Below are positions 13,080 through 27,560 of a DNA stretch of 64,000 nucleotides, piece after piece. The notes under the pieces were generated by a model, which was given only the letters and a program-made list of their open reading frames with translations, did no database searches and was not told where the DNA came from. Position numbers and translations under genes: made by a program. Within the stretch, counting starts at the first letter, position 1, and each line of letters starts with the position of its first letter. This DNA is from Octopus sinensis (taxonomy: Eukaryota): contig NC_043002.1 of NCBI RefSeq assembly GCF_006345805.1, forward strand, positions 49,228,001-49,292,000, written 5' to 3'.

Positions 13080-13225
13080 GTTAATCCAAACAAGAAAGCA
13101 CAAAAAACACAACGCGAGAACGTGGAACAAATATAGTATTATTGGACGCTCAGGAAAGAAGGAAAGAAGGAGGGTTTAACGTTTCGAGCGGAGCTCTTCG
13201 TCGGAAACATAGGAGAAGGAAAACA
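13080..13225 (-). mobile_element. PLE-type terminal repeat with minimal hammerhead (13174-13208)
   Basis: Reverse complement GTTT-CCGACGA-A-GAGC(tcc)GCTC-GAAA-CGTT|AAAC. Stem I GTTT/AAAC, palindromic ACGT stem III, U4C core variant. A pyrimidine-rich tail runs into (TA)n. Confidence 0.7.
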
Positions 13226-13521
13226 GAGGAAGACGGGCTTCTTTCAGTTTCCGTCAACCAAATCCACTTACAAGGCTATAGTAGAAGACACTTGTCCAAG
13301 GTGCCATGCAGTGGGAATGAACCTGGAACCATGTGGCTGGTAAGCAAGCTACTTATCACACAACTACTCTGATATATAGCTTTACATATAGCTTAACATA
13401 AACCAACACATGTTCCAACAGCACCGATTAAATACATAGAGAGAGGGAGAGAGAGAGTGAGAGAAGGAGAGTGATGTGTATGTGTACACACACACACACA
13501 CACATATTTTGTTTACTGTAC

Positions 13522-13608
13522 AAGTATAAGCAATTTATTGCACAAATTTTAACAATAAAATCTTATATGGACGCCCAAGGGCCATATAGACCTAATTGAG
13601 AACCACTG
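13522..13608. mobile_element. hAT MITE terminal fragment
   Basis: Ends TTGAGAACCACTG. Homologous to 32592-32681 and to the reverse complement of the ends at 56987 and 57176. Confidence 0.6.
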
Positions 13609-14778
13609 GCTTAGTCGAACAAATTGACCCCGGTACATACATTTTAAAGGCCTGGTACTTACTGTCTTTTTTGCCGAAACTGCTGTTACGAGGGCGTAAA
13701 CAAACCAACACCGGTTGTTAAGCTGTGACGGGTGGACAAATACCAAAGTTCACACACACACACACTCACAATGACGACTGTATCTCATTTCCCTTGTGAT
13801 TACGCATAACCAGTAACTGCCTAAAAATGTCTTCAATTTACAATCTTCCCGTAGCCAGATACTTTTTGCGTGAATAATACAAAATACCGCCGTAGGAAAC
13901 ACTAACCTAGTACATCTATTGTCAATGCCACTGTTACTGAATACGTATCACGGTAACAAATAATTGTAGAATATTATCGTTAAAATTTCTACCCAATGCA
14001 TATATATAACAGGCCTAATATAGTTCTTGTTTCAGTCATTTGACTGCGGTCATGCTGTGTGTGTACGATGGACTTCCTTCAGTTTCCGTCTACCAAATTC
14101 ACTCAATACGCTTAGGTCGATCTGAGGATATAATAGAATATACATACCCAAGGTACCACCCATTGAGACTAAACCTGCAACGTGAAATAGATAATTCAAA
14201 CAGGTTTTTGTTTATTAACTCATATGTGCCAATGTCCTAAATACATTAAGAAAGATTTCTCAGTTGGGGGAAAGAAAACAAAAGGCTGGTGATCACTATA
14301 CATGTTTTACACTTCTCAAGTTTTACACAAGATTCCTAAATTCTACGTCAAAATCCATTGATTAAAGATTTCTATTTCCAATTAAAAGCAAGATGAAAAT
14401 ACATCAGAATTTCAACATCGACAGTCTTCATTTAAATGGAATTCATTTAAATTATGAGAAAAGATGACACTGGACATTTTAGATATTGGTTATTTGGAAA
14501 CAACAGATGTCAAATGTCGTGATTGACTACTGTCAATCTATTTCATCATGAAAACAAACTTCCGGATATTTTAAAGCATCTCAGATTCAAATGAATGTTT
14601 ACATGTATGCTTAACTTCTCCATTTTTTTTCAAAATATATCGGAAAAATTTACCTCAGCTTCACCAAAAGTGACTGTATTTTCTTGGGAGTATACAAATA
14701 AGCAGATTCTACTCTCTTTTCTCTCTCTATCTCATCATTCCTCCGTCCCTTTCTCTCTTGTTTCATATACATATACAC

Positions 14779-14852
<74 letters not shown>

Positions 14853-15118
14853 ATATATTGTAAACAAACTTATAAGCACCGTGTGTGTCAGTATTCTACA
14901 GAAAATAAAGGTTGCACGGACGCAGGAGGCTGTGAGGACATTTTAGAAAATCGTGTAAATATTTGTTTAGCCGTCTTTTAAAGGTATTTATCCGATTTTC
15001 ATAGCGTCCTGCTTTAGAAAGCACGCTATAAGGTATTTTTAAAAAATCCAGATTATATATATATATATACGCACACATTCACACATAAATTAGTGCTTCT
15101 GTGTATACATACAGACAT

Positions 15119-15235
15119 GAGCGTAGGCTCGAAACGTAAAAGAATTTTTCTATTCCTGAGCGTTATACTAATACATCTGTTTGTTTGTACACCACCTGCC
15201 TTCATCTTATATTTATTTTCGTAAACTTTCCATAT
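15119..15235 (+). mobile_element. PLE-type tail with half hammerhead
   Basis: GAGC(gtag)GCTC-GAAACGT with the CUGANGA strand lost; shares TTCCTGAGCGT and tail organisation with 13080-13225. Confidence 0.5.
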
Positions 15236-15252
15236 ATATATATATGTGTGTA

Positions 15253-15330
<78 letters not shown>

Positions 15331-15546
15331 TGTGTGTGTATTACGCGTAATGTTCCATTCGATACATGTCTAATAAAATTGATGAATTGATGACGGTGAA
15401 AGATAAAATAAAAATTGTTTGAGTATAGGGATATTCAAATAGAAACGTGATTGCATGTATGCATGTATGTATGTATGTATGTATGTATGTATGTATGTAT
15501 GTATGTATGTATGTATGTATGCATATATATATATATATATATATAT

Positions 15547-15580
<34 letters not shown>

Positions 15581-16714
15581 GCATGTATGTTATGTATTGG
15601 TCCAGGTTTATTGATTTCAGTTATAACAACATTGGTATTATAGAACTAATTAACCATTATTAATATCTAAACAAATCTTTGTTTCAAAGGCGTAATTTAA
15701 TTTTAGTTACAAGACCATAAAATCTCGAAGCGTTTCATGTGTTTCAGTAAGATATTTTCAAACTTAAAATTCTAAATTAATTAAGACTAAAATGTTATGG
15801 AAATGTGTGCAGAAATTGGTGACGCAAAAACAAAAATAAATCTAATTGTAAGGAAATTAATTAAAATAATTAACCATAACGATTTAGATTTGTTATAAAT
15901 GAAATCAATAGACCTGGATCTCTCTCTCTCTCTTTTTCTTACACCCACACATATATACACATTCATACAAACATGCACGCATACAGACATGCAGACAGAC
16001 ACACGCATATAAATATACGTATGTATATATATATTTTATACACACACACACACATACTCAGGTATGTATGATTTAATCTCTATATAATACAAATATATTA
16101 TGGTGCTAAGCTAATGAAATCGATGGCGGTGAATTGGCGAAATTCTAATTTTACCGGACCGGATGGCATCCAATATTTGTTTTGGCTCTTTACTCTGTAG
16201 TAAATTTGTTGAAAGGTGGGTGAGAATGCTAAATATGACTCGAATGAAAGAGTCTGCTCTAAGCATGCACATGTAGACTGGGAAATTATACCTTAGACAG
16301 TTCACTTACTCCAGGTAGTGAAGCCGATCCAGGACGTATGGGAATCTTTGGTTAACTCCATATTTCTCTCAATTGGGAATTTCCGTTTACAAGCTTTTCT
16401 ATGTGATTTCCCACTGTTCTATGTGATTTCCCACTGTTGTTGTATTCTACCCTGCTCTTTGTACAATATTTTCTTCTTTGTAGCCCTTGCTCAAATAAAG
16501 GAAACGTTAGCTGGTCGAATTGTTAGCGCACCTTTCAAAATGCTTAACAGCATTTTGTCCATCTTCATGTTTCAAATTCAAATTTCGCTGAGGTTGACTT
16601 TGCCCTTCATCTGTTCCGCATCGATAAAGTAAGAACCAGTTGAAGGCACTGGGGTTGGTGTTATTGACAATCCTTGTGCCTATAATAGAAAGTATTATTT
16701 GTATTATAAAAGTA

Positions 16715-16910
16715 TTATTTTACTTCGTTGAGCTCTCGATTTTACTTGCTCCGGTTAATCCTGTAACAGCAGACAGCAACCTGTTGTCAAAGGCCTCACT
16801 GGGTTTCTTCCCACGATACATAATACCCAAGTGCCAATTTCAAAATCCTGGCTGTCCCCAATAGAGCAGTTTCTCGAGCATATTCTACCCGCATGTTAAT
16901 TCCAGTTTCT
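16715..16910 (-). mobile_element. R4/Dong-clade (RLE) LINE extreme 3' end beside (TAA)n
   Basis: Reverse complement encodes KFEEYVGETGINMRVEYARETALLGTARILKLALG, matching the ALLGTARIL C-terminal motif of R4/Dong ORFs. The 5' junction lies in a (TTA)n tract. Confidence 0.7.
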
Positions 16911-17164
16911 CCGACATATTCCTCGAACTTGTTACTGTTATTATTATTATTATCATTATTATTATTATTATTAAGGCGGCGAGTTCAACTTTACCTTTTC
17001 ATCCTTTCGCAGTTGATAAAATAAATACAAGCCAAGTGCTGAGGGGGGGGGGGTTCGATGTGATCGACTTACTTCCATCCCACAAATTTCAGGCCTTGTG
17101 TCTTTAGTAGAAACGCTTATTAATGTTATTATTATTATTAGTAGTAGTAGTATTAGTATAACTT

Positions 17165-17545
17165 AAGGTGGCAAGCTGTCAGAAACGTTAGCACGCCGGG
17201 CGAAATGCTTAGCGGTATTTCGTCTGCCGTTACGTTCTGAGGTCAAATTCCGCCGAGGTCGACTTTCCCTTTCATCCTTTCGGGGTCGATTAAATAAGTA
17301 CCAGTTACGCACTGGGTTCGATATAATTGACTTAATCCGTTTGTCTGTCCTTGTTTGTCCTCTCTGTGTTTAGCCCCTTGTGGGTAGTAAAGAAATAGGT
17401 ATTTCGTCCGTCGCTACGTTCTGAGTTCAAATGCCACCGAAGTCGGCTTTATCTTTCATCTTTTCGGGATCGATAGAATAAGTACCAGTTGAACACTGGG
17501 GTCGATGTAATCCCCTTCCACAAAACTGTTGTCCGTGTAGAAAAA
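17165..17545 (+). mobile_element. dimeric Nin-like tRNA SINE (Twin-like)
   Basis: tRNA-like head followed by two tandem units of GTTACGTTCTGAGTTCAAAT..GTCG.CTTT..CTTTCATC.TTTCGGG.TCGAT..TAAGTACCAGTT. Confidence 0.85.
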
Positions 17546-17833
17546 TTTGAAACCATTATTATTATTGTTGTTGTTGTTGTTATACTGTTGTTAGTGCTGT
17601 TATTGATGTATTAATATAACTGACACAAACATTCAAACTGAATACATTATACCATATTAGATTTGTGAAATCCCAGATGAAATGTACACAGCGTCCAACT
17701 ATCTTAAAAATAAGAAATTGTTTACTCGAAGTAAAAGAAAACCATCAAACATTATTTATATCTGTATGTATACATATTACACATACATATATACATACAT
17801 ACATATATACATACATACATATATACATACATA

Positions 17834-17888
<55 letters not shown>

Positions 17889-17929
17889 AAGAGAGAAATA
17901 TGTTATATTAAATCTCTGAGCGATATATA

Positions 17930-18465
17930 TATATCATTCGGTATGTTAAACTCAATATGGAAATCATCAATACTCAGCAAGAGGACCAAAAATGCGATTT
18001 TACAAAAGCAACATACATAGCAGCCTCCTCTATGGATCCGAAGTTTGGAAAACAACCAAAAGTATTGAAAAGAAATTGGAAGTGTTTCAAAATAAATGTT
18101 TACGAAAAATTTTGAAGGTCTTCCGACCGAATATGATCTAGACTAGCCTACTACACACCAAGGCTAACATGAAACCAATAAAGGAAACTATTGAAGCAAG
18201 GAGATGGAAATGGCTGGGTTGAGTTTGCCGCTGTAAACCGAACTCAATTGCCAGGATTGCTTTGCAATGAGCTCCACAAGATAAAAGAAGACGTGGTCGA
18301 CCAAAGGAGACGTGGCGCATAATAATAAGAAACGATCTTAAAAGCAGAGAGTTAACAATAGAGTCAACTTAACAAGCTCTCAAGGACGCTTTTAATGTTA
18401 GAAGGGGAAATGATTTTGCTGTCGCCTCAACTGTCACAAGGCACAATGAGAACCGAATGAATGAA
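17930..18465 (+). mobile_element. decayed RTE-clade LINE 3' fragment
   Basis: FGMLNSIWKSSILSKRTK..LLYGSEVWKTTKSIEKKLEVFQNKCLRKIL..RRWKWLG..RRRGRPKETWR; ends in a (TGAA)n tail. Confidence 0.8.
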
Positions 18466-18475
18466 TGACTATATA

Positions 18476-18516
<41 letters not shown>

Positions 18517-19798
18517 CACATCTTTTGCTTGTTTCAATCATTAGATAGCGGCCATACTAAAGCACCACCATTATTTATTTTATTTTCCTTTTAAGCCTGG
18601 TGCTCAGTCTATCGGAAGCTTTTGCCGAACTGCTAAGTTACGGGAACGCAAACACACGAATATCAATTGTCAACCCATGGCGGGATCAAACACAGACACA
18701 AATTCACACACACAACAGGTTTCTTTTAGTTTCCGTCTCCCAAATCCACTCACAAGGCTTTGGTTGGCCCGAGGTTATAGAAGCCATGCAGCAATTAAGA
18801 AGCAAACGTCTTCCCATACAGCAACGCAGAATCTGAGATAGTCATTATTCGGAAGTTTTCGTTCCTGTTCATCAGGAGCGACAAGAATGTCCAGGTAGCG
18901 AGTAACGTTAGCTCAGCTTTGAATAAGTGATGCTCCATTCTGCCTAACGATTCTGCGTACTTTTAGGGCTGAATGCAATCTATGCCAGTGTATCAGTGTA
19001 GACCCATAGTCATTTAACTCCCTTTCTCCCTCTTTCTATCACTTTCTCCCTTTCTTTTTTCTTTCGTTCTCTCCATCCCACAGACGCACACTTTCATACT
19101 GAACCAAACGTCCCTCTATTGTCATTGACCGTAGCTATCGACTGCTAATATTTGTTTATTTACACGAGGCACAAGGTCTTATATTGTAGTGAAATAGACC
19201 TCCTTCCAACCAGAAACCGAAGTCACTTAGAAGACCATTGTTTGGATGGAATTTGTATGCTTCTCTATGGTATCTCCGATAAGAATTACATTTTTGTATA
19301 TATGTTATCATGCAGAAGTAGTTTTCACCCTTCATGTGATCAAGAATATACTTTGTGTACGAACAGAATATAAGCTGCCGGAGTTTATGAATATGATCCC
19401 TCGAAAAAAAAAAAAGTAGTACGTACGTGACATACTATGTAAGCCAGTACTTTTAGAAGGTCTTTTGGTCAAAGGGTAAAGAAAGTGCAAGAATGTTAAG
19501 CACACTAAAAGAATATGATCAAGTTATGTTATAGAGTATTTCGTAGAAGGTAGAAAGTGGACCTTTTATTCTTGGCCTCCCGACAAGACTATTTATCAAT
19601 TTAGTGGATCTGAAAACCGATCTCTAATATATGCCGATCAGTTAGATCAACATACGTAACTAATTTATGTACACGTGTATTAATTTGATTGGTGCACTAG
19701 TCTAGGAACTTGGAACAAAGTCTATTTGAACACTAATCTCACTAGAATGTAAATTAACACAGACATTAGTATAATGTGCGTGCGTGTGTGTGTGTGTA

Positions 19799-19845
<47 letters not shown>

Positions 19846-20749
19846 AGTTTCACGCAAGTGGGTATATACACAAGTATTTTTATGCATGTAATTCTACATA
19901 CCTTTTAAAAAAATTATTCGATTTTGCATGTACATATTTGTGTATGGCGTCTTCTACATGGTGGCTCAAAATGCAAGAAATAAAAGCGAAATTTCTCTCA
20001 AACCACGCCATATTGTGTTTAAAGCGAGGCCGTATTAAACAGTGTAGTTCCTGATTTACAAAAGGACGTGACAGACATGGTTGGAAAACTTTTCATCACA
20101 GGTATCAGAGTCGATTTGGCCTAAACCACCACCACCACCACCAACACCACAACAACAACAACAACGAGAACAACGGTGAAAGATAGATCTGCTATGCATA
20201 TGCTGACTGCTTACGTTTTCTTTCGAACCTGTTGATATGATAGCTACACGTGGCTATTGATCAAGCAAATAATATTTATCTAACGCACGAAGGTAGAGTA
20301 AAAATTTCCCTTTTCATGTTATCGTCCCAGCGTGCTTTAAACATTTATCTAGTTTTTCTAGCTACCCCTCCTCCTGCGTCCCTAAATAAGATTCAATAAA
20401 GTCTGCGCTTAATCCTTCGTGACACCTTATACAATACACAATATATTTGTTCTTGATGTCGACATGCAAATTTCCTTAATAAATCCCGGTGTCTTTTCAA
20501 CAAGTGTTTCTATGAAAGAACCAGATAATAGCTCTTTTGACTCGATTTGCTTTCTTAGTAGCTTCCACTGAAATTTTCCACTGGAAGGAGTTCCTTGAAC
20601 CAACTTCTAGAAGTGGTACCCACGCACATCATTTTATCGAAATTCGTGTATCATATATACTAATCTGAGTTAGTTTATAAGTATTGCTTAATATTCCCTA
20701 TATTATGAAATCAGCGACCATGTTGCTCATGTGTCGCTAGAGACTTCGA

Positions 20750-21183
20750 TACTTAACGACATATGCTATTATCAAGGGTTTGCAGGACATCCTCATCGAG
20801 CTCTACAGTTCGAAGCTCATCTTCTAGGCTGTAGTTTCCGGCTCGGAATTTCTGGAGCCACCGTTGACACTGCCTTTCGCTTATTGTTCGATTCCCGTAT
20901 ACTGCATTAATATTCCTCGTACTTTCCGTTGCGTTGTTGCCTTTACTACACTCATAAAGCAAAATATGCCGAATATGCTCTTTGTCACATTATAGCCTTG
21001 AAAAATAATTTAAAATCGAACTGCACTCTTCAAAGATTAAGACTTGCACTAAAACTAAGACCAAGGTAAAATTACTACCTAGTTTTATAGCAAATTGATT
21101 CATTTAGAATATCAGAAGTTATGTTATAGCAAGTTGTTCATGCAACTGAAAAGAAAACTGCATTATTTGTTGGATGACCCAAT
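20750..21183 (-). mobile_element. mariner relic (5' TIR and HTH domain)
   Basis: EHIRHILLYECSKGNNATESTRNINAVYG..CQRWLQKFRAGNYSLED; TIR TATTGGGTCATCCAACAAATAATGCA. Same family as 46760-47880. Confidence 0.88.
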
Positions 21184-21783
21184 ATATATATATAGATAAT
21201 TTTTATAATTGTACATATATATAATTTATATTATATATATATAAAACTTCATCCTATATTAGTAGTAGACTTATTACTACTCGCTATAGGGACTGCTAAC
21301 CACTATAACCTGTAGTGGAGAACAGTCAATACGTTGTGCTGAAGCTGACCAAAGAATTTTATTTTTTAGATATATCTGGAGTGCTTATATGTACTCATGA
21401 TTTTTGCTTCGGCTTTTTCCATGGGTGTATGTAAGTATCTTATTTATATCCTTTCGTATGTTCTACTGAGGAGGAAAGAATCTTTTATGAGATCAATTCC
21501 GAAATTGATTCAATGTAGAAATAACGAACTTTTAAAAAAAATTCTATCGGCCGGCTTGCCCGATTTCAGTCCTTCGTGTTTTTTCTGTTGCGAGTAAATA
21601 ACATGTGGAAATTGACGATTTAATAGTCTGTTATCAGCAAATTGGCATTGAAATAATTTTCTTTAGCCCTTACTTATAAGTTGTTTATAATTTTAGCCGT
21701 AAAGGTATTTTAATATGCTACCACATTTTTTATGGAATTTTTTTTCTGTAGAAAAAAAACTTCATCCTATATTAGTAGGATAT

Positions 21784-21891
<108 letters not shown>

Positions 21892-22063
21892 GTGTGTGTG
21901 TGTGTGTTTCTGTGAGTGTATAACACTATATATATTTGTCTGTATATGTGTGTGTATATATATATATATATTGGGTCATCCAACAAATAATGTTTATATA
22001 TTGTGTGGGTATATCCATCTAACTTTCTGTCTGTGTATCTCTCTTTCACACTCTTTCTCTCTC

Positions 22064-22132
<69 letters not shown>

Positions 22133-23457
22133 TATATAATATATAAAATAGGATCAGATGTCCTTTTGTGGCATAAGCATATGAAGCCAGTTTCCTGGAT
22201 TTCGTGGCGTATATATCCCCACCCACTGGACATGACACCAGTCCGTCACGCGTGCGCACTCACCCCCACCCCCAATAAACAAACATGCACACACATATAT
22301 TTACATGTGTTTTTTTAGATAGGGAGATAGTAACTTATTTTATAATTAGACTCATATCTTGTTGATGTAAATATGTGAATGAAGTCTAGTGATCATCAAT
22401 AAATGAAACAGAAGCTAAAAAGGAAATAATGAAAGATAGAAGGTATGTGCTGTGTGATGTCAACCGGATGTGTGCACCACTTTTATAGAAGAATATTTTG
22501 GTTCATGTATAGTTTCCTCTCCCTAAGTGAGCAAATGGAAAGAACTCTTTTATACAATTTCTGCCTGAAAGGAATCAGCGCCGATGTAGCAAACAGTAAA
22601 CATAAAATGATCCCCCATTTTCAGGGTAATGGAAACAGTAAACATTTATCCACTCTCCAGCTCATTCACATGCAGTTTCAAAATAAGCAGTACTTTCCAA
22701 GCAGATATACAACAAGCAAGAGAGAAGAGAAAACATCCATGCAAAAACATCACTGTTAACGAACGCAATTTATATTTAACGAAAAAATAAATAAAAAATT
22801 CCAATAGTTTGCACTCCAAAAGACCAGAGTTAATGTCCATCTGATGACACCAGCAGAAGTTTCAACTGATCAACTTCTGATATTCTAAATGAATCACAAC
22901 TAGACTGTTTGATTTCATACTTTTACGACCATCCTTTTTTTAATTTTCGCCTCTATTTTTCAGCTAATAATGACGGATAAAAGAGCAGCATGTTCCCGCT
23001 AGCAGTAATGTCGAGAAAGGTACAATAAGCCAGAACAAGCAATAACATATCAATCAAGATATTTTCAAAAACAAATGTACTCGACTAAAAATGACAGCAG
23101 AAGCTCTGAAATATAGAGGGAAAAGAACAAACCCATGAACAATAGAAAACCTGAGGTGAGACATCCATCAGTGTCTAGCCGAACTAGTGTTTGAAATTCA
23201 AACTAAAGGATTGGTAACTGCCCAGTTTGACGAGTATTTGGTAAAACGTATGAACGTCTGCAAAGGGATGCACAGTACTAAAGAAAAGTTAGTATATTTA
23301 TGGACAGAACAGGGAAGAACACATGCCGTTTAGAAAGCCTCTACAGTAACATACTAGCACTGGAAATTTCTCAAGTATTTGCATATCAAAACCACTCACA
23401 CGCCACGCAATAATGTGTCACAAATCAGTGGAAGTTATAAGTGTAGATGATATGACA

Positions 23458-23490
<33 letters not shown>

Positions 23491-23640
23491 TTCAAAAGAT
23501 ACGATGAGAGGTGTGACAGTTTACCAAAAACATGTTACCTTATACCTACGTAATCCTTGTCTGCTAATCTCGTCAAACAGGTGTACATTATACAAAGTAT
23601 TTATACCGACCACATTTTGTGTGAAATATATATATATATA

Positions 23641-23789
23641 TCAGGCGCAGGCGAGGCTGTGTAGTAAGAACCTTGCTTCCCAACCACATGGTTTCGGGTT
23701 CTGTCCCATTGCGTGGCGCCGTGAGCAAAGTATCTTCTACTATAGACTCGTCAGTGGTTTTGGTAGATGGAAACTGAAAGAATCCCGTC

Positions 23790-23853
<64 letters not shown>

Positions 23854-24095
23854 GTATGTGTGTGTGTTTATGTGTGTGTGTGTGTGAGTAAGTGTGTATC
23901 TTTGTGTCTCTGTTTGTCCCCTACCACCGCTTAACAACTGATGCGGGGGTGTTTACGTTTTCGTAATTTAGTGGTTCGGCAAAAGAGTCCGATAGAATAA
24001 GTACCAAGAAATTACTACTGGATTCGATTCGTCTGTCAAAGCAATTCTTCAAAGCGGTGTTCCAGCATGGCCGCAGTCTATTGACTGAAACAAGC
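23641..24095 (+). mobile_element. CORE-like tRNA SINE with internal microsatellite
   Basis: AGGCGCAGGCGAGGCTGTGTAGTAAG head, central (TA)n(TG)n, tail CCAGCATGGCCGCAGTC..TGACTGAAACAAG. Further copies at about 26060-26450, 31130-31320, 42180-43920, 44810-45100, 46455-46758, 48150-48360, 49060-49460 and 59330-59620. Confidence 0.8.
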
Positions 24096-25902
24096 AAGAT
24101 ATTTAAATACACGTATATATTTATATGTATACATGTGTGGATATAAGTATGTGTGCGCGCGCGTACATGCACGTGCGTATGTATGGAAGGAGAGAAAGAG
24201 AAAGAAAAAAAGAAAGAAAGAAAGAAGAAAGAAAGAAAGAAAGAAGAAAGAAAGAAAGAAAGCGAGAGAGAGAGAAAGGGGCTCTGTAGCCAGATAAGAA
24301 TAAATTAGAAGAAATTCATTTTGCAAATCATAGGCCATATCGCAATCCTTCGCAAAGATTATTGGTCCTGAGAAAAAAAGAAAGAACAGAAAAAGTAACG
24401 AAAAATAGTCAATTATATCGGCTCTAGTGCTTCACTAACTGAACCTAGAAGAATGAAAACCAAAATTATCCTGGGCGGAATTTGCACTCAGAATGTAAGG
24501 TATTTTGCACGGTAAATTATTTTGTCTGACACTCTAAAGATTCTGCCGATCCAGCACCGTTGATGAATAAATACATAAATATCAATTTCTTACATATGTA
24601 CAGGGAGGACATAGTCAATAAAGATAACAGTCCTTGGAAGATGAAATAAAGTTCGGGATTTGAACTCAGTGCAGAAATATGCAGAATACCCCAAGCATTT
24701 TGCCCGCTACTGCGAATTAGACAGTTTAACACCTTTACATTTTATCTTATTTCAGTCATTGAAAAGCAGCCACCCCTCAGCACCGCTTTGAATGATTTAG
24801 TCAGAGAAATCGACGCCCCCCTCCAACTTCTTAAGTCTGGTATTTATTGTATAGGCCTCTTGCCGACTCGCTAATTTTATGAGGATGTAAACAAACGAAC
24901 ACTGGTTGTCGGGCAGTGGTAGGGGATAATGACAAATACACACATACACGCATGTGTATATGTATGTACAGCGGATTTCCACACAGTTTCCGCAATCCAG
25001 ATTCACTCACAAGGCTTTAGTCGACACAGGACAATAATAGGAGACACTTGCCCAAGGTGTCACGCAGTGGGACTCGAAACTACGTAATTGCAAAGTGGAC
25101 TGTTACTCATTTAGGCACAAAGCCGGCAATTTTGAGGGTAGGGAACATTCTCGTTCATAAAACTGAAGACGTTTTGCGTTTTATATTTTAAGTGATTTCA
25201 AATTTTTGCACTAGGCCAGCAAGTTCAGGTGTTAGGGTAAGTCAATTACATCTGGTACATTACTTACTGGTACTTATTTTATCAACCTCGAAAGGATGAA
25301 GAGCAAAGTCGACCTCGGTGGAATTTGAACTAAGAATGTAGAGACGGACGAAATGCTGCTTAGCATTCCACCCGGCGTGCTAATGACTCTGCCAGCTCAC
25401 CGCCTCCTCTATTTTATTTAATTAACATATTTATTTCTAATGGAGAAGGGAAATTGTAAAAATGACATCTATTTGCCTATAAGTAGAACTTATTTTATTG
25501 ATCCCTGTGGAATGAAGAACAAAACTGACCTCCAGGTGTCGTAATTTTGTAATGTAATTCATAACAAAATATACCCAGATAAATTGTTTTCCTTAACTGC
25601 TGTTACAGTAAAGCCAAGCTGTTAGAACTCAAATAATCTCCGCATTCTGACTAATCACACATCAGGAAATGACACATGCAACATTAAATACTCTCCAGTA
25701 TTAAACAAATGAACCTTTTGTTAAAAAAGCGAACAGCTTACAAAAAGAATTAATGTTAACATTAAAACATTGAACGGAACTCTTTATTATAATTGATGTC
25801 AGTTTAAGATATATAGTTTTGAATTATTCCTTTTAAAACACTTATGCTTAGAATATTGAAATGATATGTACATAATAAAACTTTTATGTATTTGTATGCG
25901 TG

Positions 25903-25941
<39 letters not shown>

Positions 25942-26495
25942 ACACGTACATGTATGAATGTATGCATGTGTGTATGTATGTATGTATGGAGACACGTATA
26001 TGCATATATACATATTCATATATACATACATGTGAATATACACATGCATATGTATATATGGTGTGGCTGTGTGACATTTGCACCCCAACCACATGGTCCC
26101 AGGTTCACTCCCACTGCGTAGCATCTTAGTCAACTATCTTCTTCTACAGTCCCGGACAGACTATAGCATTGTGAGTTAATTAGGTAGACGAAGGGTGTAA
26201 AAGCCCGTCGTGTAGATGTGTGTGTGTAGGTCTGTTAATCTGTCTGTCTGTCTTTGTGTTTGTCCACCACAACAGTTTGACAATTGCTGTTGGTTTATTT
26301 ACGTCCCTGTAACTAAGCAGTTCGGCAAGATACAGGGTTCGATAGAATAAATAGTAGCACTGAGGTTGATTCGTTTGACTAAAACCCTTCAGAGTGATGC
26401 CCTAGCATGGCCGCAATTCAATGACTGAAACAGGCAAGAGATAAAGCGATAAAAAAGATCTATCTGTGTATGTATGTATATATATATATATATAT

Positions 26496-26897
26496 ACTAG
26501 CAGTATCGCCCGGCGTTGCTCGGGTTTGTAAGGGAAATAACTATATAAGCATTTTTAGAGATGTAAAGTATAATAGCCATCTCAATATGGCTAACCACAA
26601 AGGGGGGGGGGGTGTTACTGTAGCTTTTTACGTTCTGAGATTTAATAATAAATTTTTAGAGAGTTACTTCCCTTATATATGCCAAAAATGCATTAAAAAT
26701 GGGAAAAAGTTATGGTAATTTTTTTTTTAAATCGTAGACTCATCGTAGACGCGCGCTAATACCCAGAAGGGCTCGATATGAATCACGACTATAAGATACC
26801 CGGTTTTGGTTAAACTGCACCGCAAAATGTGGGAGTAGTTAGGAATCTAAATCGTAGGAGACAGACAGCACACAACCTCTCTTTTATATATAAAGAT
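26496..26897 (+). mobile_element. 400-bp Helitron/HINE-like non-autonomous element
   Basis: ACTAGCAGTATCGCCCGGCGTTGCTCGGG start and CTTTTATATATAAAGAT end. A near-identical inverted copy lies at 44019-44417. Confidence 0.75.
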
Positions 26898-27245
26898 ATA
26901 TATATAAATCTTATTCTCTGAATGGAAGGCTCAAATAATTGAGCCGCTGCAACCCTCCATCCAAGTCTGCACAGTTTTGCCAAACTTTAGCCCTTAGCTT
27001 CCTTACACACACATACACACACACACGTACATACATAAATGCGCGTGGACATTCGAGGCTCCGATGAAGCGATAAGGTGTTATTGAGGTACTCAACAATG
27101 AGTCCACTGCATCTTCTAGCAGAAACAAATGTATTCTAATGAAATTCGTAAGATAACCATTTATTCCTTTGTCATCTCATTTTCTCATATACATACATAC
27201 ACACACACACATACATACACACGCGCGCGCGCGCGTGTGTGTGAA

Positions 27246-27552
27246 GGCGCATGGCTCAATGGTTAGAGCGTAGAGTTTACGATCGTGAGGTTGTGCTTTC
27301 GATTCCCGGACCGGGCTGTGTGTTGCGTTCTTGAGCAAGACACTTTATTTCACGTTGCTCCAGTTAACTCAGCTGTAGAAATGAGTTGCGACATCACTGG
27401 TGCCAAGCTGTATCGGCCTTTGCTTTCCCTTGGATAACATCAGTGGTGTGGGAGGCTGGTATGCATGGGTGACTGCTAGCCTTCCACAAACAATCTTGCC
27501 CTGAGGTGTGCCTCGGAGGGTAACTTTCTAGGTGCAATCTCATGGTCATTCA
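27246..27552 (+). mobile_element. tRNA-derived SINE, full length
   Basis: A box TGGCTCAATGGTTAG, B box-like TTTCGATTCC, CTTGAGCAAGACACT block, tail ..GGTGCAATCTCATGGTCATTCAT. Related copies at 35172-35330 (+) and 57325-57580 (-). Confidence 0.8.
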
Positions 27553-27560
27553 TATATATG

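Noticed and set aside
14880-15050. INTFKRRLNKYL as a CR1/L2 C-terminus
   Set aside because: The match is too short, and motifs shared with 20330-20380 suggest a different, unclassified repeat.
18845-18885. Hammerhead-like CTGATGA..GGAA/TTCC..GAAT on the minus strand
   Set aside because: The GAAA core and stems I and III are not satisfied.
22964-23019. 56-nt exon with a good acceptor and AAG|GTAC donor
   Set aside because: It has stops in all three frames and no supporting neighbours; at best a non-coding exon.
27246-27320. SINE heads as real tRNA genes (also at 31966, 49800 and 56197)
   Set aside because: They have A/B boxes but no complete acceptor stem, and each continues into SINE body sequence.
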